DNA from: Candidatus Woesearchaeota archaeon
Lineage (GTDB): Archaea; Nanobdellota; Nanobdellia; Pacearchaeales; GW2011-AR1
DNA length: 64,000 bases
Direction of reading: 5' to 3'
NCBI GenBank assembly: GCA_964566405.1
Contig: CAZMIN010000001.1
Span: forward strand, 1,755 to 65,754
Below are positions 18,060 to 27,328 of the stretch, piece by piece. The notes below the pieces were generated by a model that saw nothing but the letters and a program-made list of their open reading frames with translations, did not search any database and was not told where the DNA came from. Each line of letters begins with the position of its first letter. Position 1 is the first letter of the stretch. The position numbers and the translations under genes were made by a program.

Positions 18060-20084
18060 ATGGCAGAAGAGGTAAGCAAATCCAAAAATGACGAATTGCT
18101 GATAGAGGCGAAGAATTTCTTCGATTTTCACAAGAAAGAGCTGGGAGAGTCTATCCGTAAAGGGAAAAATAGTATATCTTTGGATTTCATAAAACTCACA
18201 GAATATTCCAACCAACTCTCTGACGAGATACTTACAAACCCTAAAGAGTGTCTGAGAATAATAGAAATGGCTGTAGAGGAGTCTGGACTCGTGAGCAATG
18301 TCAGAATAAGACTGACAAACCTTCCAAAGAGTCAGGAAATGAAAGTTAGAAATATTCGTTCTAAAAATCTTAATGAGATGATTATCATAGAAGGAATAAT
18401 CAGGCAGGCCTCAGATGTCAGACCACAAGTAGTGAATGCTAAATTCGAGTGTCCTAGCTGTGGAACAGTGATTTCTGTATTGCAGCTAGAGAAAAAATTC
18501 AGGGAACCTACGACATGTTCTTGCGGAAGAAAAGGGGGATTTAAACTCATCAGCAAGGATATGGTAGACACCCAAAGATTGGTTATAGAAGAAGCCCCAG
18601 AGTCTCTGTCTGGAGGAGAGCAGCCAAAGAGAATAAACGTGTTCCTAAAAGAAGATTTGGTAGAACCAAAGATGGAAGAAAAAACTACCCCTGGAAGCAG
18701 GGTCAAAGTTATTGGGATCTTAGAAGAAGTTCCTGTTCCGCTTCAGTCAGGCGGACTTTCCACAAGATTCGAGCTGGCCGTGGAAGTCAACAATATTATT
18801 CCTATGGAAGAGACTTTCGAAGAATTGGATATAAATGAAGAAGACGAGAGGCAGATATTAGAGCTCTCCCAAGACCCCAAGGTATTTGAGAAACTGACAA
18901 AGAGTATTATTCCAAGTGTCTGGGGATATGACGAGATAAAAAGGACTCTGGTATTGCAGTTGTTTGGAGGGGTTAAAAAGATACACGCAGACGGGCAACA
19001 TAGCAGAGGGGATTTACATATTTTATTGATAGGAGATCCTGGTGTGGCAAAATCTGCAACACTGGGTTTTATGTCTAGATTATCTCCAAAAGGAAGATAT
19101 GTGGTAGGAAAATCTGCATCAGGGGCAGGATTGACAGCTACTGTCGTGAGGGACGAATATCTCAGAGGATGGAGTCTGGAGGCAGGTGCCATGGTTCTAG
19201 CAAATAAAGGGTTGGTCTGTATAGATGAGTTAGAAAAAATGGATCCAAATGACAGGAGCGCCATGCACGAGGCGATGGAGCAGCAGACAATAACGATTAG
19301 TAAGGCGAATGTTCAGGCAACTCTTCGTGCAGAAACCTCTGTATTAGCTGCCGCAAATCCAAAGTTCGGAAGATTCGATCCATATCAATCCATTGCGCAA
19401 CAGATAGATCTTCCACCAACACTAATTAATAGATTCGATGTCATATTTCCGCTGAGAGATGTTCCTAATAGAGAAAAAGACGAACTAATCGCAATCCATG
19501 TTTTATATGAACACCAGAAAGAAGGAGAAGACATGCTAATTCCCAAAGAACTTTTTAGAAAATATATTGCTTATGCAAAGCAAAGAATAAGACCTGTACT
19601 GACCGACTACGCAGTTGGGGCGATAAAGAAGTTCTATGTAGACCTCAGAAACACACCTGTTTCTTCAGAAGGGAGCATGAGACCCATTCCAATTTCTGCG
19701 AGACAGCTACAGGCACTGATAAGAATGTCTGAAGCTTCTGCTAAGATGAGGCTAAGTGAAGAAGTGACTGCAGAAGATGCAGACAGAGCAATAGAGATAA
19801 TGAAATATTATCTCATGCAGGTAGGTTATGATTATGAATCAAAGACCTTTGACATAGACAAGGGTACAGGGGGGATGGCTTCTTCCCAGAGAAACAAAGT
19901 CTTCCTCGTCAGAGACACGATAACCCAGTTAGAGAGCCGTCTAGGTAAGATGATTCCTATCGAAGAGATAGAAAAAGAACTCGAAGGAAAATTATCAAAA
20001 GATGAAATAGAAGAAGCAATAACAAAGCTAGATATCAGTGGAGCAATTTTTAAACCAAGAAGAGGTTATGTTGGAAGAACCTAA
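18060..20084 (+). CDS. mcm: Minichromosome maintenance helicase MCM
   Basis: C4 zinc finger (CPSCG...CSCG), Walker A GDPGVAKS, Walker B CIDELEKM, arginine finger SRFDV, C-terminal wH. Confidence 0.9.
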   Translation: MAEEVSKSKNDELLIEAKNFFDFHKKELGESIRKGKNSISLDFIKLTEYSNQLSDEILTNPKECLRIIEMAVEESGLVSNVRIRLTNLPKSQEMKVRNIRSKNLNEMIIIEGIIRQASDVRPQVVNAKFECPSCGTVISVLQLEKKFREPTTCSCGRKGGFKLISKDMVDTQRLVIEEAPESLSGGEQPKRINVFLKEDLVEPKMEEKTTPGSRVKVIGILEEVPVPLQSGGLSTRFELAVEVNNIIPMEETFEELDINEEDERQILELSQDPKVFEKLTKSIIPSVWGYDEIKRTLVLQLFGGVKKIHADGQHSRGDLHILLIGDPGVAKSATLGFMSRLSPKGRYVVGKSASGAGLTATVVRDEYLRGWSLEAGAMVLANKGLVCIDELEKMDPNDRSAMHEAMEQQTITISKANVQATLRAETSVLAAANPKFGRFDPYQSIAQQIDLPPTLINRFDVIFPLRDVPNREKDELIAIHVLYEHQKEGEDMLIPKELFRKYIAYAKQRIRPVLTDYAVGAIKKFYVDLRNTPVSSEGSMRPIPISARQLQALIRMSEASAKMRLSEEVTAEDADRAIEIMKYYLMQVGYDYESKTFDIDKGTGGMASSQRNKVFLVRDTITQLESRLGKMIPIEEIEKELEGKLSKDEIEEAITKLDISGAIFKPRRGYVGRT

Positions 20085-20085
20085 A

Positions 20086-20715
20086 ATGCCGGAAGAACAA
20101 AAATTCAAGAGAAATATAGCATATAAATTCAGAATAGGGGATCTCTTATTTGGAAAACCAATAATAAACGAAGAAAGATTCTCTTTTCTCGAACTAGGGG
20201 ATAAAAAGATTGTTCGGGTTAATCTAGTAGGAAATATTGTAGATAAGTATGAAGGTGGAAATGAAAAGAAATATCTGTCTCTAACTCTCGACGATGGCTC
20301 TGGCCAGATAAAGTTGAAGGCTTTCGGAGACGATGTGGACAAATTCGTAGGCATAACCCAAGGACAGACGGTCGCAGTCATAGGAGTCCTCAGACATTGG
20401 AACGAAGAAACTTATGTTTCTCCTGAAATGATAAAAGAGATGGATCCAAGATATCTCTTAATAAGAAAACTAGAGACAGAGAAAGAAAAAATTCTGCATT
20501 CAGCCCCTGTAGAAAAAGAGCAGATAATCGCGATAAAAGACAAGATATTGGAAATGATAAAAAATTCCGAAGATGATGGTGGAATAGATAGAGATAATAT
20601 AATTACAAATCTGCAGAGTGTCTCTCCTTCTATAATTGATCAGGAGATTAAAAAACTTCTAGAAGAAGGTATTGTTTTCGAGCCAAGGCCTGGAAAAGTC
20701 AGATATTTAGGTTAA
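20086..20715 (+). CDS. OB-fold plus C-terminal winged-helix protein, RPA32-like ssDNA-binding subunit
   Basis: ATG sits 1 nt after the mcm stop (TAAAATG). OB-fold-like core (IVRVNLVGNIVDKYEGG...LSLTLDDGSGQIKLKAFGD...VAVIGVL) and a C-terminal wH (SIIDQEIKKLLEEGIVFEPRPGKVRYLG) reproduce the RPA32 architecture. The track start at 20038 overlaps mcm and is unlikely. Confidence 0.5.
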   Translation: MPEEQKFKRNIAYKFRIGDLLFGKPIINEERFSFLELGDKKIVRVNLVGNIVDKYEGGNEKKYLSLTLDDGSGQIKLKAFGDDVDKFVGITQGQTVAVIGVLRHWNEETYVSPEMIKEMDPRYLLIRKLETEKEKILHSAPVEKEQIIAIKDKILEMIKNSEDDGGIDRDNIITNLQSVSPSIIDQEIKKLLEEGIVFEPRPGKVRYLG

Positions 20716-21255
20716 TTATTTCTTCTTTTTCCGTTTATTCTTATCAAACTTCTTATTAAAGTAATAGGCCAGCCAGATTAAAACCACCAACCCAACTAAA
20801 GATAAAAGGAACTTAAGCCAGTCATCTGCAAATCTCCAGAAACCACCAACACCCCAGAGAATTATTCCAACACCACCACCCATTAAACCAGCCCCGACAG
20901 ATTCTAATCCAAAAATGATTGCTCCCAAGGCAATAATAGCTATTCCTAACGGAAGTGTTATCAAAAATAACGTTCTGGAATATTTTTCATTAGCATCTTC
21001 TAGCTCTTGTCTACATGTAAAGTCTCTATCACAATAGATTTCTGCACCCCCTACTAATCTAGGACCTGTATAAGAACCCCACTGCCCACCAATCTCTTCA
21101 CACCTCTCCTGAGTTTCAATTATTTCCGGTGTCTTAAATTCATCACAAAAATCTGAATATTCTGGGGAATTATAAAAAGTATTAATACCATAAACTGCAA
21201 CAGAGATTGTCAGGATAATTATTGCAATTCCTATAACAACGTTCTTTAGACTCAT
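20716..21255 (-). CDS. Membrane protein, hypothetical
   Basis: 179 aa with an N-terminal TM, a Cys-containing extracellular segment, ~3 C-terminal TMs and a K-rich tail. Confidence 0.45.
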   Translation of the reverse strand: MSLKNVVIGIAIIILTISVAVYGINTFYNSPEYSDFCDEFKTPEIIETQERCEEIGGQWGSYTGPRLVGGAEIYCDRDFTCRQELEDANEKYSRTLFLITLPLGIAIIALGAIIFGLESVGAGLMGGGVGIILWGVGGFWRFADDWLKFLLSLVGLVVLIWLAYYFNKKFDKNKRKKKK

Positions 21256-21305
21256 AAATTCCTAAAGCTTAAAAGATTTATAAAGCTTGTCAAATAACAA
21301 ATTTC

Positions 21306-21716
21306 ATGACAGAATATGAAAAATTATTGGAAGATGCTTATGGGAGGATAAAACATGCTGAAAGTTCTAGCACCCGATTCGAGATTCCAAAGGCAGAAGG
21401 TCATTTTGAAGGAAGAAAGACAATTATCTCAAATTTCTGTCAAATTGTTTCACACTTAAGGAGAAAACCAGAACATTTCCAGAAATTTATGTTAAGAGAG
21501 TTAGCTGCATCTGGTCAGAGAGAGGGAGACCGCTTAGTTCTCAACATAAAAGTCCCGAGCGCTAAAATAAACCAGAAGATAGAAGCATATACGAAAGAAT
21601 TTGTTCTATGTAAGGAATGTGGAAAACCAGATACAGAGCTAACGAAAGAAGACAGGATAAGCTTTGTCCATTGTTTAGCTTGTGGAGCGAAGCACTCTGT
21701 TCGAAGCAAGATATGA
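21306..21716 (+). CDS. eif2b: Translation initiation factor aIF2 beta subunit
   Basis: C-terminal C4 zinc ribbon CKECGKPDTEL...CLACGAKHSV with the conserved N-terminal helix region. Confidence 0.85.
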   Translation: MTEYEKLLEDAYGRIKHAESSSTRFEIPKAEGHFEGRKTIISNFCQIVSHLRRKPEHFQKFMLRELAASGQREGDRLVLNIKVPSAKINQKIEAYTKEFVLCKECGKPDTELTKEDRISFVHCLACGAKHSVRSKI

Positions 21717-21718
21717 TT

Positions 21719-22027
21719 TTAATTGAGAACTAGGGTCCTAATTCTTTGATGAACTAAATCAAGATATTCTGAAGGCCCTATAGTGTAATAAACCCCTTGA
21801 TTTTCCACATCTGGAAATTCTAAACCACCAAAAAAATTACGGCCCCCCCTAATTGACTCTACCGCCCTATTTTATTCTATCAAAAGATTATCAAGATCTA
21901 GTTCATATAGGTTGTTTCTCGCTTTAACTCTTGCCCTAAGTCTTCCCCCTAATCTAAAATCACAAATTACAAAATGTCCAAAAACACGCCCAAACTCAGG
22001 TGAGTTAATAGTCCACGCTCTTGTCAT
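21719..22027 (-). pseudogene. Promoter-equipped ORF (51 aa + 50 aa) interrupted by one in-frame TAA; unassigned function
   Basis: Minus-strand ATG at 22027 with a TATATAAAAA box ~30 nt upstream. It reads MTRAWTINSPEFGRVFGHFVICDFRLGGRLRARVKARNNLYELDLDNLLIE, then TAA (21874..21872), then NRAVESIRGGRNFFGGLEFPDVENQGVYYTIGPSEYLDLVHQRIRTLVLN, then TAA. The second half contains no Met. Confidence 0.3.
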
Positions 22028-22130
22028 AAAAAATTGAAATCAAAAGCATATTTAAGTTTTTATATAGTAAATATAAAATAAATACCTTTAAAAAACAAAT
22101 CTTCCTTAAAAATCTAACAGGAGGTTAAAA

Positions 22131-22340
22131 ATGGTAAGCGGATATTGTGTAAAATGTGGTAGAGGAGATTCATCAAAGGGTAAAGGTAAAGAGATGAAAA
22201 ATCCCGAAGTCAAGCAAACTGCAAGAGGAGGGTACATGGCTCAAGGAAACTGTGTTACGTGTGATACAAGAATGAGTGCTATGTTATCCAAAGACAATGC
22301 AGAAAAAGCTATGAAAGACGGGGCAAAGAAATCTTTTTAA
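22131..22340 (+). CDS. Small zinc-ribbon protein (CxxC...CxxC; DUF5679-like)
   Basis: GYCVKCGRG...EMKNPEVKQTARGGYMAQGNCVTCDTRMSAM; a GGAGG RBS lies 8 nt upstream. Confidence 0.5.
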   Translation: MVSGYCVKCGRGDSSKGKGKEMKNPEVKQTARGGYMAQGNCVTCDTRMSAMLSKDNAEKAMKDGAKKSF

Positions 22341-22363
22341 AGGTATTAGCCCCTCTATTTTTT

Positions 22364-22663
22364 ATGATGTTCATAAATGTAATTAAAACATATAGGGACG
22401 TTGTTGCTATTTGTGATAAGAATTTACTAGGGAAAAAATTTGAAGAAGGTAAGTTCCAGTTAGATATTAAAGAGAATTTCTATAAGGGAGAAGAGGCTTC
22501 TGAAGAAGAAGCAATAAAAATAATAAAAGACATGTCTAAAGAAGACTCTACGTTTAGTATTGCTGGAGAAGAAGCCGTCAATACAGCATTAAAAGCAGAG
22601 ATAATTTCTAAAGAAGGGATTAAAAAAATACAAGGCATTCCTTTTGCACTGGTATTAATGTAA
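22364..22663 (+). CDS. DUF424-family protein
   Basis: IKTYRDVVAICDKNLLGKKFEEGKFQLDIKENFYKGEEASEEEA...GIPFALVL matches the archaeal DUF424 pattern. It sits in the conserved aIF2b...aIF1A neighbourhood. Confidence 0.55.
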   Translation: MMFINVIKTYRDVVAICDKNLLGKKFEEGKFQLDIKENFYKGEEASEEEAIKIIKDMSKEDSTFSIAGEEAVNTALKAEIISKEGIKKIQGIPFALVLM

Positions 22664-22664
22664 T

Positions 22665-22997
22665 ATGGGATATTATAAAAAACAAAACAAAAACCAGGAA
22701 GAAGAAAAGGTCACAAGAGTCAAATTACCAAGAGGGAGGGAAGTATTAGGAATTATAGAACAGAGGCTTGGTGGAAATAAAATGTTGGTGAATTGTCTGG
22801 ATGGAAAGACCAGAAACTGTAGAGTCCCTGGAAGATTAAGAAGAAGATTATGGCTTCGTCCAAACGATGTTGTTATTATAGAGCCTTGGGAGTTAGGTGG
22901 GGACAAAAAAGGAGATATTATTTTCAAATATCGTCTAAATCAAGTAGACTGGTTGAAAAAGAACGGCTATCTAAAAACAGAAGAAACAGAATTTTAA
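22665..22997 (+). CDS. eif1a: Translation initiation factor aIF-1A
   Basis: RVKLPRGREVLGIIEQRLGGNKMLVNCLDGKTRNCRVPGRLRRRLWLRPNDVVIIEPWE is the S1-like OB fold of eIF1A. Confidence 0.85.
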   Translation: MGYYKKQNKNQEEEKVTRVKLPRGREVLGIIEQRLGGNKMLVNCLDGKTRNCRVPGRLRRRLWLRPNDVVIIEPWELGGDKKGDIIFKYRLNQVDWLKKNGYLKTEETEF

Positions 22998-23497
22998 TGG
23001 AAACAATATATTGCGAAAAGATTCCTAGAATAATAAAGAACAAAAAAAGACTAGAAGAAAAGCTCAATGTTAAAATAAAAAATAGGGGTAAAGAGGTAAC
23101 CATAGAAGGAAAACCTGAAGACGAATACATAGCAGAAAAAGTTATTGACGCATTAAATTTTGGATTCCCTTTTTCCATTGCTTTAAGGATAAAAGATGAA
23201 AACAATACTTTTGAAATAATGAATATAAAAGACTATACGAAGAGAAAAGACCTAAAACGAATAAGAGCGAGAATCATAGGGAAAGGTGGGAGATCTCTCG
23301 CGACATTTCATCAACTCACAAAATGTAACTTTGAGTTAAAAGATAATTCTGTGGGAATCATTGGAGACCCTGAATACATAGAAAACGCACAGGAAGCTAT
23401 TACATCTCTTATCAAGGGTTCAAAACATGCGAACGTTTATAGTCATCTAGAAAAGCATCAGGTCAAACCTGTCGTTGATTTAGGTTTGAAAGAATAA
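22997..23497 (+). CDS. KH-domain RNA-binding protein (archaeal Dim2/Pno1-like, two KH domains)
   Basis: Start overlaps the eif1a stop (TAATG). IIGKGGRSLATFHQLTKCNF (GxxG KH motif) and a second KH-like region at the N-terminus. Confidence 0.7.
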   Translation: METIYCEKIPRIIKNKKRLEEKLNVKIKNRGKEVTIEGKPEDEYIAEKVIDALNFGFPFSIALRIKDENNTFEIMNIKDYTKRKDLKRIRARIIGKGGRSLATFHQLTKCNFELKDNSVGIIGDPEYIENAQEAITSLIKGSKHANVYSHLEKHQVKPVVDLGLKE

Positions 23498-23530
23498 GCT
23501 TTAAATAGAGTTCTCAATTCCAAGATTTAT

Positions 23531-23604
23531 GTCCCGGTAGCTCAGTTGGTCAGAGCGAACGGCTGTTAACCGTTAGGTCGGAGGTTCGAGTCCTCCCCGG
23601 GACG
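23531..23604 (+). tRNA. tRNA-Asn (anticodon GUU)
   Basis: Acceptor GTCCCGG/CCGGGAC, anticodon stem AACGG/CCGTT with loop CTGTTAA, T-arm GGAGG-TTCGAGT-CCTCC, discriminator G. A TTTAAATAG box lies ~25 nt upstream; a T-run follows. Confidence 0.85.
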
Positions 23605-23613
23605 TTTTCTAAA

Positions 23614-24693
23614 ATGAAGTCAAGAGTTCTCATGGCCATGTCTGGAGGGGTTGATTCAAGCGTAGCAGCCCTCTTGATGAAGAAAAAAGGATATGATGTT
23701 ATAGGAGTTTTTATGAAGAACTGGAGCGATACAAAAGATCTGATTACAGGAGAGTGTTCTTGGAAAGAAGACAGAAAAATGGCAATGAAAATTGCTGCAA
23801 AACTCGAGATTCCACTAATCACTCTTGATTTTGAAAAAGAATACAGAAGAGATGTCGTAGACAAAATGTTCAAAAACTATAGGAAGGGAATTACCCCAAA
23901 CCCTGACATAGACTGCAACCAGAAAATAAAATTCCCTCTCCTCTGGAAAGCCGCAAAGAAACTAAAGGCAGACTATATAGTAACAGGACATTATTCAAGA
24001 ATAAAAAATAACAAATTATACAGAGCAAAAGATGAATCCAAAGACCAGTCTTATTTTCTTTACAGATTAAATCAAGATGATTTAAAACATTCTCTGTTTC
24101 CTATAGGGGATTACACTAAAAAGAAAGTCAGGGAAATAGCAAGAAAAAATAAATTTCCAAATTTCGACAGAAAAGGCACTGTGGGAATCTGTTTTATAGG
24201 AAAAATAAATCTAAAGAAATTTTTGCAGAAGAAGATTAAACCAAAGAAAGGAAAAATTCTAGACCCTGAAGGAAACCTGATTGGAGAACACGATGGAATA
24301 TATTATTATACTATTGGCCAGAGAATAGGCCCTAGGTTTGGTATGGAAATAGATAAGGGAAAAAGAATGAAGAGATGGTATGTAGCAAGAAAAAATCTGA
24401 AAAGAAATGAAATAATCGCAGCCCCAGAATCACACCCGTTAAACCTAAGAAAAGAAATCATAATGAAAAATACCCATTGGATAAGTAAAGAACCAAGCAA
24501 GAATAAAAAAACCAGGGTTTTAGCTAGGATAAGACAGGTCGGAGAACTTCTTACAAGCACAATATTCTATGATAAAAAAAAGAAGAGATTTAGAGTCATT
24601 ATTAACAAAGCCATAACAGGAGTTTCAGAAGGCCAGGCAATTGTTCTCTACAGAGGAAAAGAAGTTCTCGGAGGGGGTGTGATAGGGTTTTAG
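23614..24693 (+). CDS. mnmA: tRNA-specific 2-thiouridylase MnmA (bacterial-type)
   Basis: PP-loop AMSGGVDSSVAA, GITPNPDIDCNQKIKF, TGHYSRI and a C-terminal beta-barrel together form the MnmA/TrmU signature. Confidence 0.85.
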   Translation: MKSRVLMAMSGGVDSSVAALLMKKKGYDVIGVFMKNWSDTKDLITGECSWKEDRKMAMKIAAKLEIPLITLDFEKEYRRDVVDKMFKNYRKGITPNPDIDCNQKIKFPLLWKAAKKLKADYIVTGHYSRIKNNKLYRAKDESKDQSYFLYRLNQDDLKHSLFPIGDYTKKKVREIARKNKFPNFDRKGTVGICFIGKINLKKFLQKKIKPKKGKILDPEGNLIGEHDGIYYYTIGQRIGPRFGMEIDKGKRMKRWYVARKNLKRNEIIAAPESHPLNLRKEIIMKNTHWISKEPSKNKKTRVLARIRQVGELLTSTIFYDKKKKRFRVIINKAITGVSEGQAIVLYRGKEVLGGGVIGF

Positions 24694-25049
24694 TTTAAAA
24701 CCACTTCCTGAAGTCCGGTTCCCCCAGAGATATTCCTTCCCCCGGTCTCACAATAGTCGGCTATAACACCCACCGCATCATTATAATTACCCACATCAAA
24801 AAATCCATGTAACTCTTTAAGTTCTAATGAAAATTCCTGGGTGTCAACTTCACCCCCCTCTAACAACCTCTCAAGAATCAAATATTTGTACACTGGATGA
24901 GAATTGAGTGTATTAAATAATTGAGGATGCATACATGGTTCTCCTTGTTTAAGACCCTCTAATCTTTCCTTATATTCTCCCAATTTAGCTCTTAGTGCAT
25001 TTACCCTAAATTCGTTTTCGGGTAAAACAATTCTTGGGCCTTCTTCCAT
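24690..25049 (-). CDS. Hypothetical protein
   Basis: 119-aa ORF overlapping the mnmA stop by 4 nt (convergent). No recognised domain. Confidence 0.4.
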   Translation of the reverse strand: MEEGPRIVLPENEFRVNALRAKLGEYKERLEGLKQGEPCMHPQLFNTLNSHPVYKYLILERLLEGGEVDTQEFSLELKELHGFFDVGNYNDAVGVIADYCETGGRNISGGTGLQEVVLN

Positions 25050-25122
25050 GTTATCATAGATTTGAAGAGATTTATAAAGATTTATACACTAATTTTAAAA
25101 ACATCCCTATACTCTATAAAAC

Positions 25123-25680
25123 ATGGAATTAGATAAAGCAATCAAATCCAGAAAAAGCACCAGGAAATTTAAATCTAAGAAGCCAGACTGGCGGTTGATT
25201 GTTGAATGCATAGATGCGGCCAGATATGCCTCTATGGCAGGAGGAAACTACACCCTAAAATTCATTCTAGTAGATGATTCAGAGACGATACAAAAAATGG
25301 CAGACTGTGCGCAACAGGATTTCATTGCTCAGGCACAATACGTCGTGGTTGTTTGCTCAAATTCATCGAGAACAATGAATGCCTATGGAAAACGAGGAGA
25401 GATATACTGCAGACAACAGGCAGGTGCTGCGATACAGAATTTCTTGTTGAAGATAGAAGAATCAGGACTCTCTACATGCTGGATAGGTCATTTCACAGAA
25501 CAAGAGATTAAAGACGGATTAAAAATTCCAGAAGGGGTAAATGTCGAGGCTTTTTTCCCGATAGGATATGAATATGAAAAAAAGAGGACGAGAAAAGCAA
25601 AGATAGATTTGGATAATATTCTTTACTTCAACAAATACAAACAAAAGAAGTTGAAAAAACCCAAGAAGTTTAGTGCTTAA
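25123..25680 (+). CDS. Nitroreductase-family protein
   Basis: AIKSRKSTRKF plus the later conserved core, typical of NADH/FMN nitroreductase-fold proteins. Confidence 0.7.
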   Translation: MELDKAIKSRKSTRKFKSKKPDWRLIVECIDAARYASMAGGNYTLKFILVDDSETIQKMADCAQQDFIAQAQYVVVVCSNSSRTMNAYGKRGEIYCRQQAGAAIQNFLLKIEESGLSTCWIGHFTEQEIKDGLKIPEGVNVEAFFPIGYEYEKKRTRKAKIDLDNILYFNKYKQKKLKKPKKFSA

Positions 25681-25703
25681 ACTGCGCGGAAAAAAGGAGT
25701 TAA

Positions 25704-25979
25704 TTAATTAGGAGTAAATTGGCCTTCGTATTTTATAGGTTCTCTTATATCTGCATTAGGTATCTTTTCATCATGGAGATATTTACGTAATAACCCAAAT
25801 CTTCTATTATGATTTATAACAACACCACCCCCTTTCCGAAGAGCAAACCAATCATAAGGATGTATTTCTCTTTGGACCTCATAACTTTGAGGGGTCATTT
25901 CATCAATCACCCCTTCTTCTACTTGTAAAAGAGTTCCTTCTGGTACTACCACTTCCTCTAAAATTTCTGCTCCTGTCAT
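25704..25979 (-). CDS. Hypothetical protein
   Basis: 91-aa ORF; no recognised domain. Confidence 0.35.
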   Translation of the reverse strand: MTGAEILEEVVVPEGTLLQVEEGVIDEMTPQSYEVQREIHPYDWFALRKGGGVVINHNRRFGLLRKYLHDEKIPNADIREPIKYEGQFTPN

Positions 25980-26000
25980 TTCAAAAAATAAAAAATTAAA

Positions 26001-26022
26001 CTTCAGGGATTTCTCCCTGAAG
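26001..26022 (-). terminator. Stem-loop CTTCAGGGA-tttc-TCCCTGAAG downstream of ftsZ, followed by a T-rich run on the minus strand
   Basis: Perfect 9-bp inverted repeat with a 4-nt loop; the adjacent 25981..26000 is T-rich on the transcribed strand. Confidence 0.5.
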
Positions 26023-26037
26023 TAAAATAAATTTGGC

Positions 26038-27117
26038 TTATCCCCAGACTTCTATGCCTAGGTCTGAAACCTCTTTAGCAATCGGTTGTGCTTGCTCGTC
26101 GATAGACTTTCCTAATACATACGGAGACTTAACTCCTGTCATAATAGTTACCACACGAACCTTCCCAGTGAACTCTTTACTAATCCTAGCACCAATGATT
26201 ACTTGTGCTTCAGGGCTCAGGTTTTCAGAGACAATTCTTCCAACATGGTCAAATTCCTCCAGCTTTAAATCTGGTCCGCAAGTCACGTGTATCAAAGCTC
26301 CGCTAGCACCTACATAATCCACGTCAAGTAGAGGATGTGTGAGGGCTTGCTTGACAGCTTCATTAACACGATCTGTTGAGTTATCTTCTCCAATACCAAT
26401 AACAGCCACACCACCGTTCTTCATAATTGAAGAAACATCTGCATAATCCAAATTGATTAAGCTCGGCAATGTTATTGTCTCTACAATTCCTCGAATCATT
26501 GTACTGACCAATTCATTAGCAACTGCGAAAGCGTGTTCAATAGGCAACTGTCCTGCAATATCTACCAGCCTATTGTTGTCAAGAACAATGCATGTATCTG
26601 CTACTTCTCTCAACTCTTGTAAACCAAACTCAGCCTTATCTATCCTGGCTTTCTCAGATTCAAAAGGCATTGTAACAACACCTATGACTACTGCGCCAGT
26701 TTCTCTAGCTAGCTGAGCAATTACTGGGGCTGCGCCTGTTCCTGTTCCACCACCGAGTCCTGTCAGAACAAATACCATGTCTGCGCCTGAGACAGCTTTC
26801 TTCAAATCCACCAGAGCCTCTTTTGCAGCTTCTCTTCCTACTTTTGGCTTTCCTCCAGCACCCAAACCTCTGGTCAGCTCCTTACCAAGAAGAAGCTTTT
26901 CGTCAGCTTTTGAAACACTCAAGTGAAGTGCGTCTGTGTTTGTCGCATAGATAGTGGCACCATTGATTCCTTGATTAAAGAGCCAGGTCACCGCATTACA
27001 ACCCATACCGCCAACACCAATAACCTTAATGTTAGCCTTTCCAGCACGTAACTCGTCAAAATTAATGCTGTGGGTTTCTGTTTTCTGTATCGCTTCTTGT
27101 GCAAAATCTAATACCAT
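26038..27117 (-). CDS. ftsZ: Cell division GTPase FtsZ
   Basis: GVGGMGCNAV and the tubulin signature GGGTGTGAAPVIA. Confidence 0.9.
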   Translation of the reverse strand: MVLDFAQEAIQKTETHSINFDELRAGKANIKVIGVGGMGCNAVTWLFNQGINGATIYATNTDALHLSVSKADEKLLLGKELTRGLGAGGKPKVGREAAKEALVDLKKAVSGADMVFVLTGLGGGTGTGAAPVIAQLARETGAVVIGVVTMPFESEKARIDKAEFGLQELREVADTCIVLDNNRLVDIAGQLPIEHAFAVANELVSTMIRGIVETITLPSLINLDYADVSSIMKNGGVAVIGIGEDNSTDRVNEAVKQALTHPLLDVDYVGASGALIHVTCGPDLKLEEFDHVGRIVSENLSPEAQVIIGARISKEFTGKVRVVTIMTGVKSPYVLGKSIDEQAQPIAKEVSDLGIEVWG

Positions 27118-27328
27118 TTTTTTAACCTCCTTCTATCTTTATGAAATTGGAAGTGCCTATCCCGCCTTTTTTCAGAAAGGTTTAAATAGTTTACACAATT
27201 CCAACTAACAATAAAGAATTCACCTTATTATCTATTCAAACCGCCATTTGAATAAATATTACAAAAAAATAAATACCTTGTTCTTTAAAAATATTTTGTT
27301 TCTCGGAAATATATTTTTTTGAGCGTTT

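Noticed and set aside
18332-19264. Two antisense ORFs (124 and 173 aa) inside mcm
   Set aside because: Fully contained in a strongly supported MCM gene; no motifs.
23550-23873. 107-aa minus-strand ORF overlapping tRNA-Asn and the mnmA start
   Set aside because: Overlaps two well-supported features; antisense artefact.
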